From NCBI GenBank assembly GCA_977017645.1, contig OZ360231.1, forward strand, positions 47,554,001 through 47,618,000: a DNA stretch of 64,000 nucleotides, written 5' to 3'. The translations under genes and the position numbers were made by a program. A model generated the notes under the pieces. That model did not search any database. It was not told the DNA's origin and saw nothing but the letters and a program-made list of their open reading frames with translations. How positions within the stretch are numbered: the first letter of the stretch is position 1; every line of letters starts with the position of its first letter. Shown piece after piece: positions 10,907 through 25,300 of the stretch. The DNA is from Torpedo marmorata (Eukaryota).

Positions 10907-12600
10907 GCCAAAGCTTTCCATCTTTGTTCCACATCCTTTTAAATTAAATATCTCTTGGTATTAGCCCTTTGTGTGGTGGATCTTCCCCTGGCTAAAGATA
11001 AAAATGTGCACCCGGCAATCTGATGCACTGGAATTGGTGATGAAGCATACTTGTTCTGGAACAATTATATTCAGAAGAGTTGTTACGATTGAAAACAAAG
11101 GGGATTCAATACTGAACAAGCTGCCAGTTTTTTAAAAATTAAATGGAAAATCAAATTGTTGGCAATTATGGTGCATGAAGAGTCATGAAGTACATCAATA
11201 ACTTAACGCTGCAAGAAAGCAGATCTACTTATTTTCAGTGCCCAACAATGGATTTTATAACTATGTTGTGTAGCATTTGATGGCGTTAAAAGATCCTTAA
11301 CACAAGTAGAATGAGATTTGCATTGTACATTCTCTGAGGGTGAAGCACTGGGTGGAATATCATATAGGCACAAGAGAAAATTCTTTTATTTTTGTGGTTT
11401 AAGAAGTATGTGAAGTGTTGGATTTTTAAAATAAATTTCTAATACTGTGATTGTTAAAATGTAATATGACACTGCCAGGGATTTCTACATTTCCTCCTTA
11501 CTTATTTAAATATAGTTAACCATTTGTGGACTGCAGTAGCACTTTTACCATATCCAAAAAAAAACAGTCTAAGGTATTTTTCTTTCCTTTGGGCAACCAT
11601 AGAAATGTGCACAATGGTCCTTTTTTGATATTTATCATATTAGTTTCTCCACCACCTGGCAAATGGGACTAGCTTGTGCAGACAACTTGGTCGGCATTTA
11701 CAAGTTGGACTGAAGGGCCTGGTTCTATGCTGTACAACTCTGACTCTTGTACAAAAGGAAATAATGGGGTAAAAGTATCTCTCTGGAATTAAAATAAACA
11801 AAGATTTTTTTTAAAAAGAGGATGGTGTTTTTCACCTATATGTGTTTTCCAATGTTTGTATTGGAAAAGACTCTTCATCGAGATTCTGCAAAAATATTTT
11901 TGAAATGTTTGATGCTTGTAAAAAAAAAAGTATGTGATAAATTTGATTTATTTCCAACATTTTATAGCATCTTCAAAAAGGAAAACATAAATATTGTTTC
12001 ATCTTAGATAGAACCTTCCATTCCATTAATAACTTGATCACAATTGCTTTTACTTACCCCTGTTTGTACAATTGAATTATTTTGTCATGTAAACATTTTC
12101 TTAAAAACACTAGTCTCAGTATTAGCAAATTTTTGAAAAATAAATATTCTCCAATAGGGAGATGATAATATGGCATTTTTCTACTGTTCCCAAGTAGTAA
12201 GGAAGTGTAAGACATTATTTTGTATTCAAGATTGCGTTCTGTCAAAGGTCCAGAATCAAGAAAAAATGGATACAGCGGAAAATAATGCACGGATAACTCA
12301 TCTGCTCATGTGTTAAAATATATGCACCTCCGAGAAGAAATGTCGTTTCAGAACCAATTTCTCCCCAGCAGCGTATGACATGGAAGCATTATTAACTATG
12401 TTTTGGAAATTTTATAAAAGAAAGAAAATAGATGTCTTTTTTTAATGAATGGAGCTAGGATTCTGTGTTGAATATATTCTTTACGAGATGTTTCATATAA
12501 TATTCTTTGTTTATAATAAACATTCGTTTTGTTAAAAGTTAGTCCAAAAATTGAACATACTTTCTGCGAATTTCAGTATTATTTGTATAATAAAATGCAA
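10907..12600 (+). other. Probable VGLL3 3' UTR with candidate polyadenylation signals
   Basis: AT-rich tract after the stop, with several AATAAA (near 11430, 11793, 12138, 12515, 12588). The true end cannot be fixed from sequence. Confidence 0.5.
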
Positions 12601-12839
12601 AACTCCTTCTTGTTAATAATAATGACTGGAAATATTGTTTATAACTCCTACTTTCAACTTCTGATCAAAGGAGAACGTTTTTGTAACTCGCAGCAAAAAC
12701 AAATTAAAAGCATCAATACGCCATCCACATCTGTAAACATTTAGATCATTTTTTTAACATTTAAAAATCAAACAACTATGTTGCAGTAGACAGCAATGTC
12801 TACTTTGCCCTCTTTCCAAACTGCATGATCAGTGCGATT

Positions 12840-13340
12840 CGAGAACAAAGAGAAAAACCGCTGGAGGTCTGAGTGAGTCGAACAGCATCTCAGCATCTGT
12901 CTGCGGGGGGTGGGGGTGTTGAAGTTTCGGGTGGGGACCTTGCATCAGGGCTGAGAGTGGAAAGGGGTGAAGGATGATAGCTATCTCTCTCCAGCGGCTG
13001 TCCCCACCTTCACCCTCTCCTCCCTCACCGGGCTCCATCTGCTCCTTCTTTCTTGTCTGCTTTCAATTATCACCCACCTGCCTCTGTCTCCCAACTCCAT
13101 TCTCTCCCCCCACCCCGACCTTTGCTGCAGCCGTCCATCATCCTTCACCCCCTCCTCGGTACACCATCGCCTGCTGGCCCCCGTCTCACTCCCCTCTCCA
13201 ATCTTGGTCCTGATGTAGAGTCTCGACGTGAAGTGTCGACAATTCCCTTTCTCCTCACAAATCCCTCTCGAGCCACCGAATTTCTCCAGAAGCTTTTTGC
13301 ATGCTGCAGATTCCAGCATTCGCAGCTTCGTGTCTCCAAC
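12840..13340. mobile_element. Degenerate non-autonomous Penelope-like repeat with inverted ends and a pyrimidine-rich middle
   Basis: Inverted decayed hammerhead-like motifs near 12925-12950 (-) and 13210-13240 (+). The end motif ttctccag..cagattccagcat recurs across the window. Confidence 0.55.
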
Positions 13341-16089
13341 GAATTCGAACTGGCCATTTTTCTTCATACAGAAGCAATAAGCAAAGCGATTCCCTCAGTG
13401 ATCCAATTGTTGTGGGAGCAGATTTAAACCATCTGCCGGGATATACAAAAGCTTATTATGAATTTGTTCCCTGTTGAAATGTCTGCAGCTGTCCGTGGTT
13501 TATGTGTTAATGGGCAGTATTTCGTTACATTAAAACAGAATAGAGAAGATCAAACTATTAAACATCATGAACAGGAAGATTTAACTTCACTGACTGTTCA
13601 CTTATTTGAAGCAGCGCAACCTATCGAGAAGTTAACGCTTCTAAAGGGAACGCATTGCCGGATTTAGGACCTTTCGTTTTTCCCATTTCCAACAATGAAC
13701 ATGCCTGAGATTGTAGGAGGCGAATAGAGAGCTGAACTTTTGAAACAACTTGTAAAGAACAAAGTCTCATGTTTGTGCTGAGTAACACGAACTCTGCCCC
13801 AATTCAGCCAAGTACAGGCATCTCAATACACCGTCCGGTTTAAAAACGTCATGTGGTTATTTTTAATATTGTGTTAATGCGAGTGTTACGAATAGGACAC
13901 GCGTTTACCAACAACACACTTTAAAGTCTTGCCGTGATCTCTGCGTGAGAAACCTTGTGCTGTTTTTGCAGAATAATCAGTTACTCCCATTACTCCATTG
14001 TAGCTGCGATAATAATTCAACTCTCTGGAGTATTTGCTCCTCTGTCTTGGTGTAACCACAACTCCTCGGTGGCTATTCGATTGAAATTGTTCCTCTATTT
14101 TGATGTGAATGTTTAGATATAATTCCTGTAAGTGTATGTATTCGCCCCTTTTACCTCATCCTCCAACACCCCATTCGTTCCTTTGTTACCTGTCCTCTCC
14201 GACTCATTATTATAAGCGACATCACTACCCTGTTCTACACACTGGCATTTCTTTCCTGCTTTTCAATTTATTCTTTCCCGAAATTTCCCATGACGACATG
14301 ACTCTCTCCCATCATTAGTTTGAAGGTCAACACCTCACCTCAGATCACTGGTTCCAATCTAGTTTATTTGGAGCCTGTCAAAATGCTGCAGATATTTCTG
14401 CAAACGTCTCTGGACCCAGTGGCTATTTATCAATATCCATTCAAACACGTACACATTTTCTGCATCACTATCAACGTGTTAAACATAAATTGAGGTCAAA
14501 ATTCATCTGCTAGGGTTAATAGATGGATGGACAAGCAAATGAATCATGAAAGTCAGATTAACGTGTTGTGAAAGGTGAAAGAGAACAAAGGATTAGTGTA
14601 ACTGGGCGTTTGAGGGTCAACCGAGACGGCGTGTACGACTCTATGACTCTAAGGTTATACCCGATTAAGAGAAATAAAAGTGCATTCGTAACACTTTGTG
14701 ATATGGGAGGCGGTTTATGGCTAGGGACGAGGCCATTGAGTTGGCACTGCCTTCATTGGATCCATTTGTGTTCAGGTGAGCTGATTGATTACTTCCCAAT
14801 TGTCCAACAGTGAACACGGCTTCCCCGGCCAGGTTCACACGTGCACTCGGCGGGTCTGAACTGCAATGACAATCGGACAACATTACACGTTTCAGAGAAT
14901 AAACACGAAGCAGCGCTTGCTCGCCTTTAGTTTCCTTTATCAATTAATTCGCCTATTGTCTGTCACCGGCGCATGCCTCTGAGCACCGTGATCTCATCAC
15001 GGATGCTTCACGATCCAAATCCAGCGAGTGAAATTGAGTCCGGGGAGATTTGTTTTCGGTCTGCTGTTTAAAACCGAAGTGAATACAGGGACAATTCAGT
15101 TGGCGCAGTACAAATGCATGCTGATTAACAAATGCTTTAGTGTCCTGAAAGGGGTATACCATGAACTCCGGCTTCCTGTTTTAGCCCGGAGATATCCTTC
15201 AAGCAAGTGTGCCTGTATTTTGCAATAGGAATTGGGGGAGAAAATGCATACACATGAAACACTTTTACTATGAGAAGGTCGTCTCAGTATATTGTGAATT
15301 TGAGTTTTCAACAATCTATATTCCACGAGAATATCTTTCTCGAATACTTTCAAACTCTTCCAACTGCTCAAAGTCAAATTAATTCCAACTGTGCACAGAT
15401 GCCTTACCTTCAAAGGGCGATTCGATGCAAGAGGGTCAGTGTTCAATCCGGAAGGTACAACTTCAATCACAAAGCGCACGTGCTTTCACCGGCCGAGAGA
15501 CATGATACTGATTTTTAGAAGAGTGAGAGGATTTGCTCTCCGGCAAATTACCTCCGGCACGCTGAAACAGCAGAATATTACTTCCAGGGAGAAAATAAAT
15601 GAGGCGAAGTTCACCACAAGAAGTGGCTGCAGAATGAACACCCTATTCTCATTCTTAATTCAAAACAAACAGTAATGTTTCCTCTTGACAATTTCAATGG
15701 AAGTCACGGATTCCGAATGCGTGTAAAGGATGCAGCTGCGTGTTTCAGCGGAGTCCCGGCAGTCACCTTGCATTAAAATGACATTTTTAATGAAGTAGAC
15801 ATCTGACGTTAGTTCCCACCTCTGTCAAATTTAATGCAAGGTCTTTGAACTAATACGTGTGTGTCAAGTGTGTAACTAAATTGGTTTCAGACAGAATGGA
15901 AGGAAGCAACTCGGAGGAACAGTTATAATTTATTAGTTGCGGATTAACCTATTTCTGTTCCATGGATGAAGTGTGCTTCTGCGCAGATCATTTGTAAATG
16001 CGTAGTGTGGAGAGAGCAGCAGAATTACTTCCATTCATCTCCTTTAATCTCTAGTCTTTAATTAAGATACCTGCCTGGTTCTTGCTTAT

Positions 16090-16220
16090 ACGTTGAAGAA
16101 GAAGGGCTCAGGCTCGAAACGTCGGTAAAATATCTTTACCTCCTATGGACGCTGCGAGACCAGCATTTATTTGTGTTTTTACTGCAATCACAAGCGTCTG
16201 CAGACTTTCGTGTTTCATTA
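16090..16220 (+). mobile_element. Penelope-like terminal repeat fragment
   Basis: gaagggctcaggctcgaaacgtcggt..gtctgcagactttcgtgttt; same family as the copy at 32746. Confidence 0.6.
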
Positions 16221-18047
16221 CAAGTGGTAAAATGTTGCTTCTGACATCATATCCCACTTGTTTATGAACTACCACACAGGTTGTGAGTGCCCACAGTCAG
16301 GCAGTGTGAAACTGTTTACACAGCCTCCTTGAGTTCTTGGTGAAGACAGGGTTGTGCGCAAAATTACCGCTGCATCTTGTCTTCCTCAGTTTTAGAAACG
16401 GTTGGCCTTAATGGGGCAGTGCTTGATTGACGAAGGAGACGGGTTCCGAGAGGATTTTTAAAAATAAATAGGCGCTCCTTTATTTTTTGGAAGGCTCTAT
16501 CAGTGTTGAAATGAGTGGACGTATGAACATTCCCCAGAATGTATGAACATTCTCGAGCCGACTGGAGATAATCGAACGCAACAAGACTACAGGATGGTAT
16601 CAAGGAAGTAAACAGAAAGTTAAGTTTTCCCTAATAGAAGAATTGGGATTACAAATATGATACAAAATCCCCATAAGTATAATGTCTAAGATGCATCTCG
16701 CCGTGTAGTTGACGATTTGAAGGTTAACAGGGAAAAAAAATAAGTGATTATTTTAGCAGCAATCGACGTTGTGTCCCGATACATTTTGACATTTGTATTG
16801 ACCCCGGATTAAACCTTGCAATCCTTCGCTTTTCTATCACCCACCTAGAAAATAGTCGAAAGGAGTTTCTATCGAGAGTTTTACTGATTCTGCGACATCT
16901 CTTTATTTTTACTTTCACGGGGATGAGCTTTTCCAAGAAACGTCTGTCGCCAGTTTCAAGTCACATTGCCAAAGAAGTTCGCAACTGACAGCGACGTGGA
17001 ACGTGTATCTGCGCCGTTGCCGCGATTGACTGGAACAAGTCATTATGGCCGGCTGCAGAAACTTTCCAAATTCTTGAGGTCCTTTCTATTTGCTTTAAGG
17101 GCTCAAACTATGAAGGATACTTAAACTGAGAATTCTTTTCACAGTCAAACGAAACATAGGTATATGTTTATAGAAGCAGTCCACAGAGCCAGCCAAGGTA
17201 CGGAAATGGGAGACAGCACCCGTAATCTTCGCATTATTGGCACTTGCTCCAATCAACCGAGTTAATTAACTACAGCAGTTGGCTCCAATTTGCAATTCAA
17301 AGTTAATTTCAGAGAATTCCGTTTCACTGCTTCTCATTGGTTGATTTGTCGAGCCTGACAGCCTTCTCTCTCTCATACGTATCCATAGACGAAAAATAGC
17401 AAAATAACATTAGGACAACTCCCCAAATTAATTAGTTTGTGCAGCCAAAAGTTTCTAAGTAATAGTTCAAACGTTATTTCTGTAATTAATTATATATAAT
17501 TTTATATATAATTAAAAGTTCCTCAATTTCCAAGGTTAATAAACTAATTTAGAGGAAACACAAGTTTCAGCGAAATCATGTTGTGTCGATTCTGAATCAA
17601 CGAGAGAAGAGTTGACATGGTATTATCGGTTGGAGAGACCTGTAATAAGGCGAGACATAGTTACAATGAATCACGTGTCAGTGGACACTTCATGGTTTAT
17701 ATTTCTGCATTTCTACCTTTAGGGCAAAATTCCAAATGTAGAAACAAAATGTCCTTAGTAATTTGGTCCTTACTGCTGCTAATTTAACAAATACTTCTTC
17801 CATCAGTTAAACGGTTCAGATCATTTAGGAGGTAAATTTAGGCAATTGCTACGAATTTTGCAATCAAAGAACCAAAATGGTTCATGGTACTATTGTTGCA
17901 AATACAACGTTTTATAGTAAATTATGTTGAGCTATTTGCAATCTACTGTGATGCATAAAAATATACCTAATAATGTTGGCAACTTTGAACAAAGATGCTA
18001 ATGCTAATGAATATTACTTAAACTTTACATTTAGATACAAGGACAGT

Positions 18048-18402
18048 ATATCATTTCTTTTTGAAAATTTGGAGCCCATATATGAGAATTATGGGTATGA
18101 ATTAATTCTCTGGAAGTCGGCTCCGCTGGCGAAATTAACCTCCAATATATAAATAGAATTAGTTTGTAGTTTGTTTTCTCCTCACTTTAATTCTTTATTA
18201 TTCAACTTTTTTTTTTCTTTTATTCTTTTTTTTTCTCTGTGTTTTTAATTTTTTTTTCTTTAGAGTAGTGGTGGGGGGGTTGGGGAGGGGAGGGGAGGGT
18301 GGGAGGGAGGGAGGAAATATATCACATGTATTTGAAATGATATATTATTTTTGATCTATGTATTTTGTGATTTTAAAATTTAAATAAAATATATTAAAAA
18401 AA
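18048..18402 (+). mobile_element. 5'-truncated L1-like LINE 3' end with a 15-bp TSD
   Basis: T-rich then G-rich 3' UTR, aataaa and an A-tail, flanked by the direct repeat agatacaaggacagt (about 18033 and 18402). A related copy lies at about 49600-49890. Confidence 0.75.
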
Positions 18403-21400
18403 AGATACAAGGACAGTGTATTTTTTCTGCGATCATCGTCTATCCGACCCCTAATTGAGATTTCACCACACAGGTTGAACTCCAAATCCTTCAAAATATG
18501 AATTGTGAAACATCTGACTGTGTAACTCAATTTCAAAACACGAAAATATTTACTCATTGTTTGAATAATAATTGTTATGATAATTAATTTAAATGTATAA
18601 TGGCATCTCACTAGAATTAGTGGAACAATAAAGATAAGACCAAAACGATATTTCAACGGTGTACCGTGTTCAAAGATTCTACAAATCATTTGTAGGGAAT
18701 ATTCTAGATTATGTTAACTTGTTATTTATTTAGTATGTATTCTATTTTTGATTGTACTTAATAATCACAGGCATTTTTAACATGTTCAAGGATTGCTCAA
18801 TTTTCACTTACCATCTCACAATAGCACGTTATATTGTTTTCTTTAGCTGTTTCTGATGCATGCTCAGTCTTACGTGTGTACACCAGATTAAATATCAAAC
18901 GCAAACAGTGGCATTCGGACCAAAATAGCCCAATGTAAAATAATTTGAAATTAAATTGCGTTTTCTATTTTGCTGTGATTAAAGCAAGACAAATGGAATT
19001 TATATTTCTTTATTGCTTTCAAAATGATAAACATGCTTCATCAGATCAAGTTTGACAGTGATTTAAATATGGAGATATTAGAGCTGACAATCAAATGCTT
19101 GTTCAAAATGGCGATCTTAAACGAGCACTTTGAAGAATAAAGAGAGGTGGAGCGGCAGAGATGTTAAAGGAAAAAATACCAGAACTAAGGTCCTTGGGAA
19201 CTGAATACATGGAAGCAGGCAGTGGAGCAACTGAAACTGCAGATGCAAATGCTTTTGAGGCCAGAACTGGGTAGGAGCAGATATTCTGGGGAATTATAAC
19301 ATTTGGGATTACAGAGAAAGGGGAGGCAATGCCATATATGGATTTTAAGGCAAGGCAGTGCTTGATAAGAAAACAATAATAGGCCAGGAATACAATGAGT
19401 AAAAAATGGGTAGAACTGCATCTGAGTTAAGATCATCCAGCATAATTTTGGATTTTAGATTTACAGAGGGTAATAACAAGTGATGTCAGGTATCAAGTAC
19501 AGAGTCACAAAAGGTTTGGAAGAGTATTTATTCAGTGGATAAGTTGAGGCAGGATAGATTCGGATGATCCTACCAAGAAAGAATGAAGTATCCTTAGTTA
19601 TAGTGTAGAAATGTGGTCCATAGCATCAAGGTTGTACGCAGACAAGTTCTGGAACAGAGGTGGTGGCTCCAGACATCAGTTTGTGACATATGGGAACAAA
19701 TATAGTTTTCATATTTGGAAGGCCAAGGCATAAAACATACAATCAGAAATCCAATAAAAAATTTGGAGAATTTTCTTTTAATCAGAGGGCAGTTAGGATA
19801 TGGAATTGAAGTAAGTTAAGCAAATAGTTTTGATTCATCAACAGGAAATTAGGCAAGTGTATAAGGAAGAAAGTATATACTGATAGGATGAGATGAAGTA
19901 AAGTGGGAGGAGGATTCTGCAGAGTTACTTATTGGAATACAGGCCAATTTAAAAAAAATCCTCTCGAAACATTCAGGCAAATGGAATTGATTTCCTCCAA
20001 AAGGTGGCTTATTCAGGGTCAAAAAGCTTCTTTAAAAAGGGGCTGTATTGTTACCCGTTAATTACAGGAATTAAAGGTAATAGGAACATTAACAATGTTC
20101 AATTATTGTACATGGGAGGCCAGAAATAGAACCTCATGCATAAGATCAAGTCAAGCACAGAGCTGCTGTGCATGGACTTTAGGTAAAGCAACTAAAGGGC
20201 TAAGTAGCCTTTCCCTTTGTTATTGTCTTGCTTTGTTCTTATATTATGGAAGGAGAAAAACAAAATAAAGCAAAAATCACACTACTGTAGCTGCTGAAAA
20301 TCTGAAACTAAAAGGGCAAAAGTTAAAACCCAAACAGGAGGTCTGTTGAAGAGAATCTGTTTTGGATGCATGCCCATCATCAGACTATTAAAGAAAGAAA
20401 CAGAAATATCAGAGAGTGGAAGAGAATACACTTTTAGTAACCATTGCTTTTACTTCTGACTCTATTAATAGCCATCTGTCATGTTTCAGATCTGATGAAC
20501 ATTGTTCTCCTCACAGGTATTCATTGCCTGACATCCCCATCTTTTTCAGGTGAGTAGAAACTCAGACTTTCGTACTCTATTGGTGGATATTCATTTTGAC
20601 AATAGAAATTTATGTTAATATAATACTTTTAATTTTGAGTAACTGAATCTACATTACATGAATTCACCTTTCAAGTCAAAAATCCAGATTAGTGAAGAAA
20701 TTATACTGTATGCCTCGCATATAGATTGTAGAAGATGTAGCTTTAATCTTTGAGATTTAAATATCACTAAAGAATTTATAAAGGTCAATCTTCAAACAGT
20801 TTTTCTAGTGTGAGCGCACTTTTGAAACTTTTCAGGACTCATGACTTTCGGAAGATCATCAAAACCATTCAACACAACTATGGTTTGAGTTTAGCTGAGG
20901 CTATCCCCATGGTAACCGTGTAGGTTTTTAAAACCTTCACTCGAATCCTGTTGCCCCTTCACCCTCCTGTACAGAGTAAAAGGCTTTTAAAACTTTTGTT
21001 TTGTTTCTCTCCCAGCCGGAATCCTGATTTCAAAACAAGGATTGGTGGTTTGCTAAAAAACAAAGCACGGTGGTCCTAACCTCATAACCCAATTCTGCTC
21101 ACAGATTGTTGGGCTTACCATCATCTATATATTAAAAAAACAAATTTGTATCAAAGGTAATCACAGATTTGCAGCTAAAGAAAGTGCTAAAATCAATTAT
21201 TCTTAAATAACCTTCTGGAACAGCCCTCAAAAGATTCTGCACTGCCTTTTTAACCAGATACAATGAGAATAGTTCTGGCTTCATCCCTTTCACGTCATCT
21301 TTTCAATAACTGGTGTTCTTTAAATCATTTTCATTGCTTTTAATCTAGTGTCACACAGCAATTTGCAGGTAAAAGAACATATTCATACAAATATCTACAT

Positions 21401-23061
21401 TTCAACAACTGTCAGAAATTCCCGAATTGTATTTGTAAGTTCGATAAAGGACCTGTGTGTGAGAAAACAACATTTAAAGATATTTATAGTATTTTAAATA
21501 TGGCTGGAAATAAATGCAGTAATAACTCTAAAAATTTATTTGTTTGACTCAAAATCATTTCTACATTTCCTCTATCCAGAGTTTAATTGGAAGTCTTAAG
21601 GGAGCCCCGTGAACTGAGCTGTCAAAACATAGCATCGACTTTACTGCATTCCTGTATAATTAGACAGATGACTATGCTAACAATCATATACACAATGCCA
21701 GCTGTTTGAAGCTTAATGCTTCATAAGCATTACCATCCTTTCAAGGTACTAAACCATATGGCAATCATGGGAAGTTTTCCTTTTTTACTTAAGCTATACT
21801 TTTTATACAAACGCTGAAACCTTGTTAGCTCTGAGCGAACAATTTGAACCAATTTGTTCGCTTTTAGAAACTTATGCCAAAATATCCATCATGTGTCTGC
21901 CACAGAGCATTTTGTGCCAATGTTTGTGTAACTGCATACAGTAAAAACACAGTTTTTAATTTAAAGATGGGTGAAAGGCGAATACCAGTCATATGTGGAG
22001 ATAAGTAATTGCAGCTGCTGTATTATACTGAAGATTTTGCTTTTGACCAAGTGATGTGTTGTGGCTCTAATTAATGACAATGAGTCAAAAAAGCCATAAT
22101 TATATAAAATTTATGTCCTCGACCATCCTTTAGAATATGAAATAAAAGTTTACAAATAAATGTTTATACTGTCAATTATAAATTATAATTTTAAAAGTCA
22201 ACTTCAGCAATTCCATTTTTAATGGACCTGTTAAACTGATACTTTTATAATTTTACATATTTCTGACATGTAAATGAAACCTGTGCACATGTTAAACCAA
22301 TGCTTTTTTGTGAATACTTGCTAACTACAATGAAATAGAAAATCCATTAATAAGAACACAGCAACAACTGATAAATACCAAAGCAACAATCAGAACACTG
22401 TTTCCACTTTGTTGCAGCCAAGATCTAGGCCGTTCCTCAATATTGTGGGTATGAAATTAGTGATTCTTTATCAAAGATTGTTTTTTTTTTAAACTAACTA
22501 AATATGATGAATATTTTTGAAAGTGCTTTCTGATGAATTAACTTTGATTGAATTCGATCATTTTGTGTTAGAGAAAAAGGAAGATTGCGAATTTGGATAG
22601 GTAGCTGTCTCATTTTCTTCTATTTTAATGTTGCCAAATTTTAATGAATGACAAATGATCATGCCAATAATGGAAATGGATTGTGTAAATAGATACCACT
22701 AAAGTCTAAATCATCAAATGTCCAGACATATGACATGAAAGGTATTTACAGAACTGCTTATGTTGAAGCCTTCAAATTGTCCAAACTGAATTTAGCAGAA
22801 ATCTTGCTGATAGGAAGCCTTCAAATTTTTAAACCTTTTCACAGTATTTCAAATTACTTTGTATCAAATATATTATTAAATGTCAGGTTGCTTTGTATCA
22901 AAATCTTACCCAATTAAAAAAGGTTGAATACAGAAATTCCTACAGTTAAGTTTTATTTTAAATTTCTCATGTGAAATATTGTGAAATATCCAAAAATTTA
23001 AAGAACATAGGAAGTGTAGTTACACTGAAACTGCCAACACCCATGTAGTTCATCTGCAGTT

Positions 23062-23296
23062 GCCTGAATACGACTGGGATTGTCTGATCTCGGAAGCTAA
23101 GCAGGCACAGGACTGGTCAGTACTTGGAGGGGAGACCACCAAGGAACACCAGGTGCTGTAGGTTTCTGTGAGGGGCGCTGGACAAAATAGCGACCCTCTG
23201 TCTGCCTTACAGTAGACAAAAATTAAAGAATTTCATGTATGTTACATTCTAAATGTAGTATTACGTGACAATAATGGTACCTTTACCTTTACCTTT
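23062..23296 (+). mobile_element. 5S rRNA-derived SINE (SINE3-type), 5'-truncated
   Basis: gcctgaatacg..gtctgatctcggaagctaagcagg..tggtcagtacttggaggggagacc..ccaggtgctgtagg is 5S-like. It is followed by a non-5S body and a tgacaataa..(accttt)n tail. Confidence 0.88.
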
Positions 23297-23610
23297 CTGA
23301 GTTATATCACCAGGTACAGATTGCATTGAAATCACCCACAAGAATATTCTGCCTTGAGAAATGCATAAAGTTCACTCCCATCAAGAGTTGGTTTTTAATG
23401 TTAAAGACAGCACAAGGAAGTGACGCTCATTTCCCTCTCCACTGATAACACAGAACACTCAAAGGGACTATCAAATGGACATCTTCATTGGACTAGAGCT
23501 ATAATCCAAAAGCGTACTCGGGCTGGGGTATGAGATCACACTTCCCAACTCCCTCGACAAAAATGTTCACTTGGACTTCAATTTTTTTTTTTTTAAAAAG
23601 AGGTGCTGCA

Positions 23611-23758
23611 NNNNNNNNNNNNNNNNNNNNNNNNNNNNNNNNNNNNNNNNNNNNNNNNNNNNNNNNNNNNNNNNNNNNNNNNNNNNNNNNNNNNNNNNNN
23701 NNNNNNNNNNNNNNNNNNNNNNNNNNNNNNNNNNNNNNNNNNNNNNNNNNNNNNNNNN
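23611..23758. other. Assembly gap
   Basis: Run of N. Confidence 1.
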
Positions 23759-24555
23759 TTAACCATATAAATCCCCGATGAGGCCAACAGTATCAGATCT
23801 CCTCCAGTGAGTGATGACAAAATGAGTCAAATTCTGGGCTTTCAGTATGATGAACATTGCTACTTGACCTAACTTTATACAGTTCTTAATTTACAGCTTC
23901 AATATTTTATTATTGAAAGATCTCCTTCAACTTTTACAAATATATGAAGACCATTCCTACATTCAGAAAAATAAAGCAACAGAAGAAAATAAAAGATTGG
24001 CTTTATACTCGATACAATGATTATATTATTGACTCCTCAATCAGACTGCATTCAGAAGCAGTGAGAAAGCATGAAAATCGAGATAATCTGTCCCTACCAT
24101 TAAAACCTGGCTTCTTCCCATCCCTCCCCCATGTCACAAACAAACACAATATTTGTTGTCATCAATATATCCTTGCACACACTGCACAAAACTACAATGG
24201 CAATTGCAAAAAAAAAGGGAGGCATTATTTTCAAACAGGGGTTAGGGAGATATTCTCGCCTGTAGACGGCCCAGCTGAGACCACCAAACCAGTGTCATAG
24301 TTAAGCTCCAGCTCCATATTCCAGGTGTACTGCCAGTCACTGGGAAAGCACAATCAAGCACCCTGACATTGGAACATGGAGGCTTGGAACCTAGAGACTT
24401 GTTCATTGGACTGAGCCATGAATCAAGTGACGGCAATTCGGGGATGCGTCAGGTGGGAACCAGGAAGATAATTTATTCTGGCCCTAAAAAATATCACGGT
24501 TCAGAAGAAGAAAAATAAATAAATTGATGCTCATCAGACCTTGGTAGCAATAGGA

Positions 24556-24674
24556 AAGTGGTTCACAACCTTTTTTTCCCCACTTATATATCACCTTAAG
24601 TAATCCCTTACTAACCACAGAGCACCTATGACATATGGTATGTGTGTGGGGAAAAAAAAAGGTTGAGAACTCTG
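24556..24674. mobile_element. hAT (Charlie-like) MITE monomer
   Basis: Imperfect CAGTGGTT-type TIRs, with the 8-bp TSD caatagga on both sides. Confidence 0.8.
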
Positions 24675-24762
24675 CAATAGGATGAGCACATATTGAACCA
24701 AAATACTGACCGTTGCTCTCTCCACAAATTTTACACAGCCTGCTGAATATTTCCAGCATTCT

Positions 24763-25300
24763 CAAGTCAAGTCAACTTTATTGTCATCCGATTGCACAAG
24801 TACAACCTGACGAAACAGCATTCTCCGGTCCTTGGTACAAAACACGCAGACACATATATACAAATAAATAAATATTGTTTTGTGAATATGAGAGTCTTGG
24901 ATTGTTAGTGTGACCAGTTCTTTTGGTCATTCAGCATTTTCACTGCCCGTGGGAAGAAGCTGTTCCTCAGCCTGGTGTTGCTGGCTCTGATACTCCAGTA
25001 TCTCTTTCCCGATGGGAGCAGCTGAAAGATCCTGTGTGCAGGGTGGAAGGGGTCCTCAATGATTTTGCGCGCGCTCTTCAGACAACGATCCCGGTAGATC
25101 ACGTCGATGGGGGGAGGGAGACTCCAGTGATCCTCTCTGCCACTCTTATGGTCCTGTGGATTGACCTCCGATCCATTTCTCTGCAGCAACCATACCACAC
25201 TGTGATGCAGCTGGCCAGGACGCGCTTGATAGAGCTCCTGTAGAAGGTTGACATAATTGTGGTCAGTAGCCTTGCCCACTTCAGTCTTCTCAGGAAGAGC
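24763..25300 (-). mobile_element. Rex1-type LINE 3' fragment
   Basis: ORF 24905-25327 ends HPAHRIFQLLPSGKRYWSIRASNTRLRNSFFPRAVKMLN; (gactt)n tail. Confidence 0.85.

Noticed and set aside
12829-13427. Cluster of overlapping ORFs
   Set aside because: They lie in a low-complexity, pyrimidine-rich repeat.
23062-23165. Functional 5S rRNA gene (also at 53326)
   Set aside because: The 5' end is missing, it carries multiple substitutions, it is not in an array, and it is fused to a retroposon tail.
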